Below are positions 1 to 10,303 of a stretch of 64,000 nucleotides of DNA, piece by piece (position 1 is the first letter of the stretch; each line of letters starts with the position of its first letter). The notes below the pieces were generated by a model that saw nothing but the letters and a program-made list of their open reading frames with translations, made no database searches and was not told where the DNA came from. This DNA comes from Veillonella parvula (GTDB lineage: Bacteria > Bacillota > Negativicutes > Veillonellales > Veillonellaceae): positions 124,928-188,927 of the forward strand of contig NZ_JAWEGM010000001.1 of assembly GCF_032472435.1 (NCBI RefSeq), written 5' to 3'. A program made the position numbers and the translations under genes.

Positions 1-2
1 AA

Positions 3-428
3 GTGGCAGCAAATATTAGCCAATACTTCTTTAACAAACTTGTATCTAATATCAAAAATGGTGATACTACAGTAGCGGATATGACTAAATTTGAGCCAAA
101 TACATGGGATAAAGATGCTAAAGGTGTTGGCCTTGTAGATGCGCCTCGTGGTGGTTTGGGTCACTGGATACATATTAAAGATGGACGCTCTGCAAATTAT
201 CAATGTATCGTACCATCTACATGGAATGCGTGCCCTAAAACTGCAGCTAATGAACATGGTGCCTATGAAGATTCCATGATTGATACACATGTAAAAATTG
301 CAGATAAACCACTTGAAATTTTGAAGGTAATTCACTCCTTTGATCCATGCCTCGCATGTGCAACCCATTTATACAATAAAAAAGGCGAAAAAATTGTTTC
401 CGTCAATACAGATGCATTGTGTAAATAA
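3..428 (+). CDS. [NiFe]-hydrogenase large subunit, C-terminal fragment (5' end outside window)
   Basis: The ORF is open to the window edge. It has the C-terminal metal-site motif DPCLACATH followed by a ~19-aa tail of the kind cleaved by the maturation endopeptidase. Cytochrome b and protease genes follow. Confidence 0.9.
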   Translation: MAANISQYFFNKLVSNIKNGDTTVADMTKFEPNTWDKDAKGVGLVDAPRGGLGHWIHIKDGRSANYQCIVPSTWNACPKTAANEHGAYEDSMIDTHVKIADKPLEILKVIHSFDPCLACATHLYNKKGEKIVSVNTDALCK

Positions 429-442
429 AGGGTGGTGGGCTT

Positions 443-1252
443 ATGTTAATACATACTGACAAAAAGGCGTATGTCGTATTTAGTCTATGGCTGCGCATAT
501 TCCACTGGACTATGGTGCTTAGTGTAACGGCTTTATTCTGGACAGGACTATATATTGGTGATCCAGGCTTTGCTGCGATTACGGGTAACCCTGAACCAAC
601 TTTTGCTATTGATGGCTGGTTCTCTATGGAAACTATGAGGCGTATTCATTTCATTGCAGGTGTTATCTTAACATTCTCCTTTATCTTCCGTTTTGCAGGC
701 GCTCTTTGGAACCGAGGGGATAGATTATTACCTAAATTCCGTCAAAAACGGTATTGGTACGGTCTTAAAGAAACAACATTGCACTATTTAATGATTCCTC
801 AAAAACATGAACATCATTGGCTTCGTAATTCCTTAGCTAGAACTGCGTATATGATGGTATACATTATGTTCTTCTTTGAAATCTTAACGGGTTTTGCAAT
901 GTATTCGATGGTTAATCCTAATGGTATTCTAGGAACTTTATTTGCACCAGTGATTACATTATTTGGTGGTGAATATAAAGTCCATGTTATCCATCACTAC
1001 ATTGCGTGGGGATTCTTGTTCTTTACTATTGTTCACGTGTATATGGCATTCCGAGAAGACGTTATGGAGGAATCCGGCGAAGTATCTGCTATGGTTTCGG
1101 GTATGAAATATTACGCTCATGACCCAATTGATATTGAAGATCTCAATGGTAAACGCCGTCGTGGGGAACGTATTGATAAACCATCTGGTACTACATATCG
1201 TCCAAGTGATCCTAATGATCCTAGAGAAAGAGAATTACAAGAAAATGACTAA
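443..1252 (+). CDS. Ni/Fe-hydrogenase b-type cytochrome subunit (membrane anchor)
   Basis: Polytopic hydrophobic protein with an RIFHW motif and conserved His residues. It starts 15 nt after the large subunit, the position expected for HyaC/CybH-type genes. Confidence 0.85.
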   Translation: MLIHTDKKAYVVFSLWLRIFHWTMVLSVTALFWTGLYIGDPGFAAITGNPEPTFAIDGWFSMETMRRIHFIAGVILTFSFIFRFAGALWNRGDRLLPKFRQKRYWYGLKETTLHYLMIPQKHEHHWLRNSLARTAYMMVYIMFFFEILTGFAMYSMVNPNGILGTLFAPVITLFGGEYKVHVIHHYIAWGFLFFTIVHVYMAFREDVMEESGEVSAMVSGMKYYAHDPIDIEDLNGKRRRGERIDKPSGTTYRPSDPNDPRERELQEND

Positions 1253-1823
1253 TACAAGTACTGATATCATCAGTGGCTTGAAACAATACGCGGACTCAGA
1301 GGGTCCGTGTATTGATTTAAACAGCCTTTATGATGATGGAGATAATGAAATTGTCCTACTTGGAGTCGGTAATATTTTGCTTACCGATGAGGGATTAGGT
1401 GTTCATGTAGTAAAAGAATTGAAAGAATCTTTCACATTTACACCTCCGATTTCCATTATTGATGGTGGCACTATGGGGATGGAATTACTCACGTATATGC
1501 GTGGTATGAAGAAAATCCTTCTTGTAGACGCTATTAATGGCGGAGATGCTCCAGGAACTATATATGAATTTCCTCATAAGGAATTAGAACAATATTTTAC
1601 GGAACATATTTCTGTACATGAAGTAGGAATGCAAGATATTTTGCGCATCCGTGCTATTCAAGAAGATCCATTAGAAGATGCAGTGGTTATCGGTGTTGAA
1701 CCGGAATCATTGGAAATTGGTTTTGAACCTAGCGGGCCGGTACAATGTGCCTTGCCTGAGGTTAAAAAACGTATTTTGCATGTCCTACGAGAATGGGGCG
1801 TAACAGTTGAGCCTAAAGCATAA
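1245..1823 (+). CDS. Hydrogenase maturation endopeptidase (HyaD/HybD family)
   Basis: Motif LLGVGNILLTDEGLGVHVV and the hydrogenase operon context. I chose the ATG at 1245, which overlaps the upstream stop (ATGACTAA), instead of the ORF-track start at 1119, which lies inside the cytochrome b gene. Confidence 0.85.
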   Translation: MTNTSTDIISGLKQYADSEGPCIDLNSLYDDGDNEIVLLGVGNILLTDEGLGVHVVKELKESFTFTPPISIIDGGTMGMELLTYMRGMKKILLVDAINGGDAPGTIYEFPHKELEQYFTEHISVHEVGMQDILRIRAIQEDPLEDAVVIGVEPESLEIGFEPSGPVQCALPEVKKRILHVLREWGVTVEPKA

Positions 1824-1891
1824 AGTGGAAATTTCATATAATGTATAGATATCTTATAGAATGTAAAGATAGTTTCTGTATAGGAGTATTT

Positions 1892-2269
1892 ATGATTGAA
1901 AATTATGGTAATGTTCGCGCTGTTTTAAATGAGTTGCGTTTGGCTCTAAAGAATTTGCGTGAAACTGGTGAAACATATTCGATTTATATTGAAAAAACAG
2001 GTTTAACAGAGGAAGAACAAGTTGAAGTATTAGAAACTCTTGGACGGGGTCATATTACGATTAACTTTAATGAAACTGATCAACCTGTAGAATGGTATGA
2101 ATCACAATTTTCTGGGATCTGGATTGGGACTTATAAAAATGGTCGCGATGATTCCATTTTACATACAGTAGAGGTCGCTAAATATCCAGTTGTAGCTGGT
2201 GCTTATATAGAAGATATGGAACTGGCGGAGGAAGATTTACAATCTTGGATTGATGCTGCTGGATTATAG
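1892..2269 (+). CDS. Small hydrogenase-operon accessory protein (possibly HupH/HyaF-like); function uncertain
   Basis: Last gene of the operon. An AGGAG RBS precedes the ATG at 1892 and a terminator follows. The assignment is mainly by position. Confidence 0.45.
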   Translation: MIENYGNVRAVLNELRLALKNLRETGETYSIYIEKTGLTEEEQVEVLETLGRGHITINFNETDQPVEWYESQFSGIWIGTYKNGRDDSILHTVEVAKYPVVAGAYIEDMELAEEDLQSWIDAAGL

Positions 2270-2274
2270 TAAAG

Positions 2275-2298
2275 GAGACCCTTAACGGGTCTCTTTTT
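2275..2298 (+). terminator. Rho-independent terminator of the hydrogenase operon
   Basis: GAGACCC-TTAAC-GGGTCTC hairpin followed by TTTTT. Confidence 0.85.
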
Positions 2299-2645
2299 CA
2301 TGAAAAATAGATGAAATTAGGCATTTTTGATAATTTTATGATAAAAATTCATATAAATTTTTGATTAATAGTTGATAACGCTAGAAATAATAATATTTGT
2401 TTCTATATTACTAAAATAAATATTTTTTATAAATTGCTTTATTGAGTAGATTGATAAATAAATTGATATAATATTAATTGGCTGTACTTATATAAAGGGA
2501 AAATGAAGGGTTTTATTGGTATTTTATAGAGAAATAGCTTGTTTACTGACTTTATAAACATTATTAAGCCTATTGTTAACCTTTAGCATTTGCCTTAATT
2601 TACTAATTAACATAAAATATGTGAGTAAAATACTTTGGAGGATTT

Positions 2646-3656
2646 ATGTTACTTTCTATTGTAGTGCCTGTATATAACGAAGAGGAAAATATAGCGAACT
2701 TTTATAAAGCTGTAACTGATGTTATGTCAGGTCTCACGTATGATTATGAATTAATCTTCGTGGATGATGGATCTAGTGATTCGTCAGCTATGATACTGCG
2801 TGAAATTGCATTCAATGATAAACATGTTAAAGTGTTATTGTTAGCTCGTAACTTTGGGCATCAAACGGCACTTACATGTGGGCTTGATTATGCTCATGGC
2901 GATGCAGTCATTACAATGGACGGTGATATGCAGCATCCACCTGCATTGATTCCTGAACTAGTTCGATTGTGGGAATCAGGGTATGATGTGGTGCGTACCA
3001 TACGCGATTCAACTGATGACGCTAGTTGGGCTAAATCTTTCACGTCTAAGTATTATTACAAACTGATGAACAAAATGGCCGATGTTCCTATTGTTGAAGG
3101 TGGGTCCGATTTCCGCCTCATGAATAGTAAAGCATTGGGCACGTTGAAACGATTCAGAGAACATGGTCGATTTTTGCGCGGTATTGTCGGTGCCTTAGGG
3201 TATAGACAAGCAGAGTTGCACTTTGTGGCACCACCTCGATTTGCAGGTGTCTCAAAGTTTAGTGTGCGTAAAATGATCCGCTTTGCTCTCGATGGTGTAA
3301 CCGCTTTTTCAAGGGTGCCTTTACGGGCCGCCTTGTATGTAGGTGTACTTTGTGGTGGAATGAGCTTTTTGCTCATCTTACATCTTTTGTATGTATATCT
3401 TACAGGACAAGCTTTGAATGGGTGGACAACCTTGGGCGTATCAATCTTGTTTATTGGTGGAATTCAACTCGTCGGACTGGGAATTATTGGCGAGTATGTA
3501 GGTCGTATTTTTGAAGAGGTGAAGCAACGGCCTTTGTATTGGGTTAAGTCAGCTATAAATTTTGAAGAGCATGAAGAGGCTCCGTTACTCGGGCCAAGTA
3601 GTGCAGATATTTTTATGGCACCAGAGGCTTATACTAACAAAAGCAAAGAAGACTAG
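2646..3656 (+). CDS. Family 2 glycosyltransferase, polyprenyl-phosphate sugar transferase type (GtrB/ArnC-like) with C-terminal TM helices
   Basis: N-terminal LSIVVPVYNEEENI, and the motifs DDGSSD and DGDMQHPP. Two C-terminal hydrophobic helices. Confidence 0.85.
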   Translation: MLLSIVVPVYNEEENIANFYKAVTDVMSGLTYDYELIFVDDGSSDSSAMILREIAFNDKHVKVLLLARNFGHQTALTCGLDYAHGDAVITMDGDMQHPPALIPELVRLWESGYDVVRTIRDSTDDASWAKSFTSKYYYKLMNKMADVPIVEGGSDFRLMNSKALGTLKRFREHGRFLRGIVGALGYRQAELHFVAPPRFAGVSKFSVRKMIRFALDGVTAFSRVPLRAALYVGVLCGGMSFLLILHLLYVYLTGQALNGWTTLGVSILFIGGIQLVGLGIIGEYVGRIFEEVKQRPLYWVKSAINFEEHEEAPLLGPSSADIFMAPEAYTNKSKED

Positions 3657-3740
3657 CTGTATTTGTGAATGCAAATAAATAGACGGTTAGTATATTTTGA
3701 ATAAATAACTTACTTTAAAAGTTTTTTGGAAAGGAAGCAT

Positions 3741-4553
3741 ATGAAGTCAAAATATAGTAAGGTTAAAATAACGGCATTAACATTAACTTTTGTGTGTGCC
3801 ACAACAGCCATGGTTGGCGCAACAACATTACAATATGGTGATAAGGGCAAAAGTGTTACAGCGGTTCAACAACAACTAATTAAACACGGCTATAATGCTA
3901 CAGATAAAAATGGTGTATATGGTAAGGAAACGAAGTGGGCAGTTCGTCTGTTCCAACAAGATCGTGGCCTTCCGGTGGATGGTATCGTAGGTCCTGCTAC
4001 GTATAATGCATTGATGGGTGCTCCTCGTTCTACGAAGGCAGTATTGACTCAAAATGCAGCAACTAAAGCAGTAGCAACGAAATCCGCTTTTACAAACAGT
4101 AATGCGACATCCCGTCGTATCGCTGGTCAATCCATTAATGGCAAGAACGTTAAATTAAACAATATTACGAAAAATGAAACACCTAGCAGCATTCACGCAA
4201 TCTTGGCAGAAGCTGACAAATACCGTGGCGTACCATATGTATTTGGTGGTACAACTCCAAGTGGATTTGACTGCTCTGGTTACGTTAAATATGTATTTGA
4301 AAAACAAGGTATTTCCTTACCGCGTTTGGCAGATGAACAGTATAACGTAGGTGTTGAAGTTTCTCGTGCGAACTTGAAAGCAGGGGATTTGGTATTCTTC
4401 GAAACCTATGAACCAGGTCCATCTCACTCCGGTATTTATATTGGCGATGGCAAGTTCATCAGCGCCACTTCCAGTCGTGGTGTTGCAGTAGCAGACCTTG
4501 ATACTGGTTATTGGGGCGAACGCTACATCGGCGCAAAACGCGTTGTACGCTAA
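3741..4553 (+). CDS. Secreted cell-wall hydrolase: PG_binding_1 domain plus NlpC/P60 endopeptidase
   Basis: Signal peptide. PG-binding repeat (GDKGKSVTAVQQQL...GLPVDGIVGPATYNAL). NlpC/P60 catalytic motifs DCSGYV and HSGIYIGDG. The ATG at 3741 follows a GGAAAGGAAG RBS. Confidence 0.85.
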   Translation: MKSKYSKVKITALTLTFVCATTAMVGATTLQYGDKGKSVTAVQQQLIKHGYNATDKNGVYGKETKWAVRLFQQDRGLPVDGIVGPATYNALMGAPRSTKAVLTQNAATKAVATKSAFTNSNATSRRIAGQSINGKNVKLNNITKNETPSSIHAILAEADKYRGVPYVFGGTTPSGFDCSGYVKYVFEKQGISLPRLADEQYNVGVEVSRANLKAGDLVFFETYEPGPSHSGIYIGDGKFISATSSRGVAVADLDTGYWGERYIGAKRVVR

Positions 4554-4830
4554 TTTAATAACTAGCTATAAAAGAGGCTATACGAATCAATTTTGTTTTG
4601 TTGATTTGTATAACCTCTTTTTATGTTTATTATTTATGATTTAACTAGCATTGACCAAATTTGACCTTTACTTTTATTGTAAAAAATATGGATTTAAAAT
4701 TATATTTTTTACGGTTTACTTGAATTGGTGTGAAAGTGCGTAAATTCCGCATAATCTCAATGTTTTTAATAGATTTTATATCGTTTTTGAGTTATAATGA
4801 AGAGTAAATAATTTTAGGAGGAATATACAC

Positions 4831-7446
4831 ATGAAGGGTAATGAACTGCGTCAAGCATACTTGCAGTTTTTTGAAAGTAAAGGACATTTAAAATTAGATA
4901 GTTTTTCTCTTATACCAGAAAACGATCCGTCTTTGTTATTGATCGGGGCAGGTATGGCGCCATTGAAGCCTTTCTTTACAGGTAAATTGGTACCTCCTTG
5001 TCGTCGTATTACAACATGCCAAAAAAGTATGCGTACCGGTGACCTTGAAAACGTAGGGCGTACAGCACGGCATCATACATTCTTTGAAATGTTGGGGAAT
5101 TTCTCTTTTGGGGACTACTTTAAAAAAGAAGCTATTCATTGGGCGTGGGAGTTTTTAACTGAGGTTATTAAACTCGATAAAAATAGATTATATGTTACTG
5201 TATATCCAGATGACCAAGAGGCATATGATACATGGCATAATGATTGTGGTGTAGAAGAGAGCCATATCACGCGTCTCGAAGATAACTTCTGGGAAATTGG
5301 CGAAGGCCCATGTGGTCCAGATAGCGAAATCTTTTTTGATCAAGGTCCTGAACATGGTTGTGATGACCCTAATTGTGCGCCAGGCTGTGATTGCGATCGC
5401 TATCTTGAAATTTGGAACTTAGTGTTTACTCAATTCAATAAAATGCCAGATGGATCTTATGAACCATTACAACATAAAAACATCGATACAGGCGCCGGTC
5501 TTGAACGATTGGCTTCCGTATTACAAGGCTGTAAAACAAACTTTGAAACCGATTTGATTTTCCCAATCATCGAAGCCACTGCAAAACGCGCTGGTGTTAC
5601 ATATAACGAAGATCCAAATACAGATGTTTCTTTAAAAGTTATCGCTGACCACGCTCGTGCTGTCACTGCATTGATCTCCGATGGCGTATTGCCATCCAAC
5701 GAAGGTCGCGGCTACGTATTGCGTCGTATTTTACGCCGTGCTGTACGTCATGGCCGTTTACTTGGTATTGAAGGTATCTTCTTAACACCACTTATTGATA
5801 TAGTCGTAGACATTCTTGGTCCTGGTATTACATCTATTGCTGAGAAACAAGACTTCGTTAAACGCGTGGTTCAAAATGAAGAAGAACGCTTTAACCAAAC
5901 CTTGGAACAAGGTCTTGAGTTATTAAACTCCTTGATCGATACATTAGCTGCTGAAAAGGCAACTGTAGTTCCTGGTTCTGAAGTATTCAAACTATATGAT
6001 ACATATGGATTCCCTTGGGAATTAACAGAGGAAATTGCTTCTGAACGTGGTTTTACAATCGACCATGAAGGCTTTGAAGCTGCTATGAAAGAGCAACGTG
6101 AACGCGCTCGTGAAGCCCGTGTTAAAGAAGATGCAAAGGTAGCAACACCGGATATTACATTCTTGAAAGACGAAGAACTTCTTGAGGACGAGGCTGTAGA
6201 AGCATCTTCTGTATTGATGATAGGTAAAGGTGCTGAACGTTTACAAACAGCTGCTGACGGTGATGAAATTACTATCATCGTACGTACGACTCCATTCCAT
6301 GCAGAAGGGGGCGGTCAATTAGGCGATACAGGTTTTATTGTGGGCCCAATGGGGAAGGTAGAGGTTCATAACACTAAACGTTTACCAGAAGGCACTGTAT
6401 ACCATATCGGTACTGTTGTAGAAGGCTCCATCTCTGAAGGCGATGATGTCACTCTTGAAGTGGATACAAATCGCCGTGCAGCAATGGCTCGCAATCATAC
6501 AGCGACCCATTTGTTACATGCAGCTTTGAAACAAATCTTAGGTGAGCATGTAAACCAAGCAGGTTCTTTAGTAACTCCAGATTACTTGCGTTTCGACTTC
6601 ACCCATTTCTCTCCTGTAACGGAAGAGGAACTTGATCAAATCGAAGCACTTGTAAACGAAGAAATTTTAAAAGCTACGGACCTAGCTATTGCTGAAATGT
6701 CCATGGACGAAGCAAAAGCGAAAGGTGCGATGGCACTCTTTGGAGATAAATATGGCGATGTAGTTCGCGTTGTAGAGGTTCCTGGCTTCTCCGTTGAATT
6801 ATGTGGTGGTTCTCATGTAGGCAACACAGCTTTCATTAGTTCCTTCCGTTTAACATCTGAAGCTGGTATCGGTTCTGGTGTACGTCGTATCGAAGCGATT
6901 ACTGGTCGTGCAGCTCTTGATGCAGCAAAACAAGATCGTTTGACTATTGAACGTATGGCAAGCGAGCTTAAAACTAAAGCACCTCAAATAGAAGAACGCT
7001 TACACCAAGTGTTGACAGAAGCTAAAGACACAGCAAAAGAATTAGAACAAATTCGTAAAGAAGTTTCTGCAGCGGGTGCAGCTGACATCGTTGCTGGTAA
7101 AGTTGTGATAGGTGATGTTGAATTTGTTGCCGCAGCTGTAAAGGCGTCCTCCATCGATGAATTGCGTGATTTAGCTGATATGGGCCTTGATAAATTGAAT
7201 GGCTCTGGTGTGGTTCTTGTAGGCGCTGCTATGGGCGATGATAAGGTAAACTTTGTATGTAAAGTATCTAAAGATGTCGTTGCTAAAGGTGCAAAAGCAG
7301 GTAATATTGTTAAAGCAGCAGCTCAAGTAGCTGGAGGTAATGGCGGTGGCCGTCCGGATATGGCACAAGCAGGTGGCAAAGAGCCAGCTAAATTAATGGA
7401 AGCATTAAAAGCTGGTGGTGAAGCCTTAAAATCTATGTTACAATAG
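4831..7446 (+). CDS. alaS: Alanine--tRNA ligase
   Basis: 871 aa. Motifs include RHHTFFEMLGNFSFGDYFK, the editing-domain HTATHLLH and the C-terminal DHHA1 region. AGGAGG RBS. Confidence 0.98.
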   Translation: MKGNELRQAYLQFFESKGHLKLDSFSLIPENDPSLLLIGAGMAPLKPFFTGKLVPPCRRITTCQKSMRTGDLENVGRTARHHTFFEMLGNFSFGDYFKKEAIHWAWEFLTEVIKLDKNRLYVTVYPDDQEAYDTWHNDCGVEESHITRLEDNFWEIGEGPCGPDSEIFFDQGPEHGCDDPNCAPGCDCDRYLEIWNLVFTQFNKMPDGSYEPLQHKNIDTGAGLERLASVLQGCKTNFETDLIFPIIEATAKRAGVTYNEDPNTDVSLKVIADHARAVTALISDGVLPSNEGRGYVLRRILRRAVRHGRLLGIEGIFLTPLIDIVVDILGPGITSIAEKQDFVKRVVQNEEERFNQTLEQGLELLNSLIDTLAAEKATVVPGSEVFKLYDTYGFPWELTEEIASERGFTIDHEGFEAAMKEQRERAREARVKEDAKVATPDITFLKDEELLEDEAVEASSVLMIGKGAERLQTAADGDEITIIVRTTPFHAEGGGQLGDTGFIVGPMGKVEVHNTKRLPEGTVYHIGTVVEGSISEGDDVTLEVDTNRRAAMARNHTATHLLHAALKQILGEHVNQAGSLVTPDYLRFDFTHFSPVTEEELDQIEALVNEEILKATDLAIAEMSMDEAKAKGAMALFGDKYGDVVRVVEVPGFSVELCGGSHVGNTAFISSFRLTSEAGIGSGVRRIEAITGRAALDAAKQDRLTIERMASELKTKAPQIEERLHQVLTEAKDTAKELEQIRKEVSAAGAADIVAGKVVIGDVEFVAAAVKASSIDELRDLADMGLDKLNGSGVVLVGAAMGDDKVNFVCKVSKDVVAKGAKAGNIVKAAAQVAGGNGGGRPDMAQAGGKEPAKLMEALKAGGEALKSMLQ

Positions 7447-7600
7447 GCATATAATTTTATAATTATACTTGTATCTGTTATAGAAATTTTTTATAATGCA
7501 TAAAAAGTTACTGACTTTGTAGCTTTAATTCAAGTATAATAGTAGGTGAGATTTCACTTGTATAGTGAAATCTGCCGATGTAATAAAAAGGAGGGATACG

Positions 7601-7861
7601 ATGAACGTTTCAGATGAAACCATGTTATTCCGTAAAGTAGACGATGAACCGATGACCGCTGAAGAGGTGCTTACGCGTGTTTATCAATCTATTCAAGAAA
7701 AAGGTTACAATCCAATTAATCAAATCTTAGGGTATCTAATCTCTGGAGATCCTGCGTATATAACAAGTTATAATAATGCGCGTTCCGATATCCGCCGTTT
7801 AGAGCGTGATGACTTGATTGAAGAATTGTTGAAAGAATACGCAAAGGCTAAACAATTATAA
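7601..7861 (+). CDS. IreB-family regulatory phosphoprotein (UPF0297/YrzL)
   Basis: GYNPINQILGYLISGDPAYITS motif. AAAGGAGGG RBS before the ATG at 7601. Conserved position between alaS and ruvX. Confidence 0.85.
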   Translation: MNVSDETMLFRKVDDEPMTAEEVLTRVYQSIQEKGYNPINQILGYLISGDPAYITSYNNARSDIRRLERDDLIEELLKEYAKAKQL

Positions 7862-8280
7862 TGAGAATTATGTCATTAGATGTAGGCAGCCGTACTATTG
7901 GTATTGCCTGTAGCGATGCACTGCTCATGACTGCACAAGGTATTGAAACCATTCGTAGAACATCTCTGGAAAAAGACTTTAATCGCTTACAAGAACTCAT
8001 TTCTGAATATGAAGTACATGAACTTGTGGTAGGTATGCCGAAAAATATGAATGGTACAAAAGGTGAACGGGCTGAAAAGACTGAAGAATTCGTTGCAAAA
8101 ATGAAGGAAGTCATCGATTTACCTGTTACATATTGGGATGAGCGGTTATCTACTGTTATGGCTGAACGTCAACTCATCGCAGCTGACGTGAGCCGTAAAA
8201 AGCGTAAATCTGTTATCGATAAAATGGCAGCGGTTGTAATTTTGCAAGGATATCTAGATCGCTTGCAGTTTAATAAATAA
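7861..8280 (+). CDS. ruvX: Holliday junction resolvase-like protein RuvX (YqgF)
   Basis: MSLDVGSRTIGIACSD N-terminus typical of YqgF. Its start overlaps the upstream stop (TAATG). Confidence 0.9.
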   Translation: MRIMSLDVGSRTIGIACSDALLMTAQGIETIRRTSLEKDFNRLQELISEYEVHELVVGMPKNMNGTKGERAEKTEEFVAKMKEVIDLPVTYWDERLSTVMAERQLIAADVSRKKRKSVIDKMAAVVILQGYLDRLQFNK

Positions 8281-8306
8281 GTATTTTTCCTTAAGGAGGG
8301 TTTCCA

Positions 8307-8603
8307 ATGGTTGACCAAAATTTTGAAGGTGAAGTGTATTATTTGGAATTCGAAGACGAACATGGTAATAAACAATACTTCACAGAAGATGTTATCTTGA
8401 GCCATGAAGGTCAAGAGTATGCCGTTCTTGTACATGTACAAGATGAAGATGCCGACCATGAAGGTCAAGATGACACGTACATGATCTTGGCTCGCATCGA
8501 AACAAATGAAGAAGGCGTAGAAGAATACGTACCTTTGGATGAAGAAGATGAAAACTTTGAAACTCTAGTAAAATTGTATGAAGACATGGATGAAGACGAA
8601 TAA
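8307..8603 (+). CDS. DUF1292 (UPF0473/YrzB) acidic protein
   Basis: Small, highly acidic protein. It sits where B. subtilis yrzB sits in the same synteny. Confidence 0.75.
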   Translation: MVDQNFEGEVYYLEFEDEHGNKQYFTEDVILSHEGQEYAVLVHVQDEDADHEGQDDTYMILARIETNEEGVEEYVPLDEEDENFETLVKLYEDMDEDE

Positions 8604-8846
8604 TTGTCTTTAGCATAAATTTAGCGTGTTGTCAGTGGACAATGCGCTATTTTTATTTTGTTATACATTATCATTGTTGTACAAAGAAGGGACTTCATTC
8701 ATGCTAAGGGCATAACAAATACATAAAATTAATATATTGCATAAAATGGAATAAGTGGAATCATTGCCCTTTTATATAGGGGAAATATAGAGTTTATGGT
8801 ATAATGAATTGATATACTGTTATGTTACAGAAAGGAACTCAACAAC

Positions 8847-10280
8847 GTGAGAAAAGCCTTAAGATATATTTTGATTCTAGTTATTATAGGTATATTAATT
8901 ATTGGTGGAGGCCTTGGTGCATTGTACTTTGTACCGAATACCTTTGCTCAAGATGATGGAACACAAGTAGTCGTTATAGAAAAAGGTCAAACGGGTACTG
9001 AAATTGCAGATATGCTTTTTGAAAGAGGGCTAATTCGCTCAACTCAGGGCTTTAAGCTCTGGTTATACTTGAGTGGCACCAATGATAAGCTTCAAACTGG
9101 CCATTATCAAATACCTAATAAAGTAACTGTGCGCGAACTCATTTCTTTGTTACAAGAAGGTCATGTAGAATCTATTCGTGTTACAATTCCAGAAGGATAT
9201 ACAGTTGGTGATATTGCTATCGTTCTTGAAAAGAATCAAATCATGAAGGCGAAGGACTTCTTAGCTGAAGCTAAGACCTATGTACCATACCCTTATATGA
9301 AAGGTACAAAACCTGCTACATATCCTGTAGAAGGCTTCTTGTTCCCAAGCACGTATGAAATCCCCGTAGGTGCTACGCCTCGTGATGTTATTCAAATGAT
9401 GGCTGACGAAATGAATCGTTACCTTACACCAGCTGTGAAGAAACAAATTCAAGCTCAACATATGAGTATTCATGACTTTGTAACCTTGGCGTCTATTGTT
9501 GAACGAGAATCTTTATTTGATGCAGACCGTCCAACTATTGCAGGGGTATTCAAAAAGCGTCTAGCTCATGGTATTCCATTGCAATCTGATGCGACTATTT
9601 CCTATGTACTTGGCTATGCGAAAGAAAATGTAACGATTGGTGATACGCAATTGCAAAGCCCGTATAATACATATGTATCTAAAGGTTTACCACCAGGACC
9701 AATTGCAAACCCTGGTAAAAAAGCCTTAGATGCAGTATTACATTCTGAAAATACAGATTATTTATACTTCGTAGCAGATAAAGAGGGGCATAATCACTTC
9801 TCTAAATCTTACGAAGAACATTTAGCCGCGGTTAATAAAATTTATGGTGCTGACACAGTAAAAAATTCTTCTGCTAATACTGAAGTAGCTGCACAAGCTG
9901 GTCCTAACTATGACGTAGCAGTAGCGACTACAGAGCCTAATTATAATTATAGTTCTGCAGAAGCGGTGGAAGCAGATTCTCAATATGTTGACGTAGAACC
10001 TAGTTATAAATACACACCAACTACAGTTCCAGCAGCTGAGATTCCAGATCCTGTACCAGGTTCAACACAAAATCAATCATCGACGCAAGTCACGCCGGCT
10101 GCTCCATCCTATGGAAATAATACAAATAACAATATGTATGTACCAACGACGACACCTGTACCTGAATCGATGCAGAATGTTATTCCTAATGCACAACAAG
10201 TACCACAAATTCAGGTAGAATCTGCAAATCCTGCTGAACGCTCTACGTTGGTAGTTCCTAGTGGTACTAACAATAGATAA
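8847..10280 (+). CDS. mltG: Endolytic murein transglycosylase MltG (YceG family) with a long low-complexity C-terminal tail
   Basis: N-terminal TM helix. YceG core (FPSTYE, ASIVERES, LQSDATISY, SPYNTY, GLPPGPIANPG). About 140 aa of extra Asn/Pro/Thr/Gln/Val-rich sequence at the C-terminus. GTG start. Confidence 0.9.
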   Translation: MRKALRYILILVIIGILIIGGGLGALYFVPNTFAQDDGTQVVVIEKGQTGTEIADMLFERGLIRSTQGFKLWLYLSGTNDKLQTGHYQIPNKVTVRELISLLQEGHVESIRVTIPEGYTVGDIAIVLEKNQIMKAKDFLAEAKTYVPYPYMKGTKPATYPVEGFLFPSTYEIPVGATPRDVIQMMADEMNRYLTPAVKKQIQAQHMSIHDFVTLASIVERESLFDADRPTIAGVFKKRLAHGIPLQSDATISYVLGYAKENVTIGDTQLQSPYNTYVSKGLPPGPIANPGKKALDAVLHSENTDYLYFVADKEGHNHFSKSYEEHLAAVNKIYGADTVKNSSANTEVAAQAGPNYDVAVATTEPNYNYSSAEAVEADSQYVDVEPSYKYTPTTVPAAEIPDPVPGSTQNQSSTQVTPAAPSYGNNTNNNMYVPTTTPVPESMQNVIPNAQQVPQIQVESANPAERSTLVVPSGTNNR

Positions 10281-10303
10281 TGTAGGAGATTTAATCTACT
10301 TTC

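Noticed and set aside
1119-1244. The upstream extension of the hydrogenase protease ORF.
   Set aside because: It lies within the cytochrome b coding region in another frame. The ATG at 1245, overlapping the upstream stop, is the typical coupled start.
4554-4830. A possible T-box upstream of alaS.
   Set aside because: No T-box sequence (GGTGGNACCGCG) or terminator is visible in the leader.
4936-7368. Antisense ORFs inside alaS (4936-5139, 5457-5699, 5871-6278, 7171-7368).
   Set aside because: These are shadow ORFs on the opposite strand of a confidently identified gene. They have no RBS and biased Ser/Ala/Arg composition.
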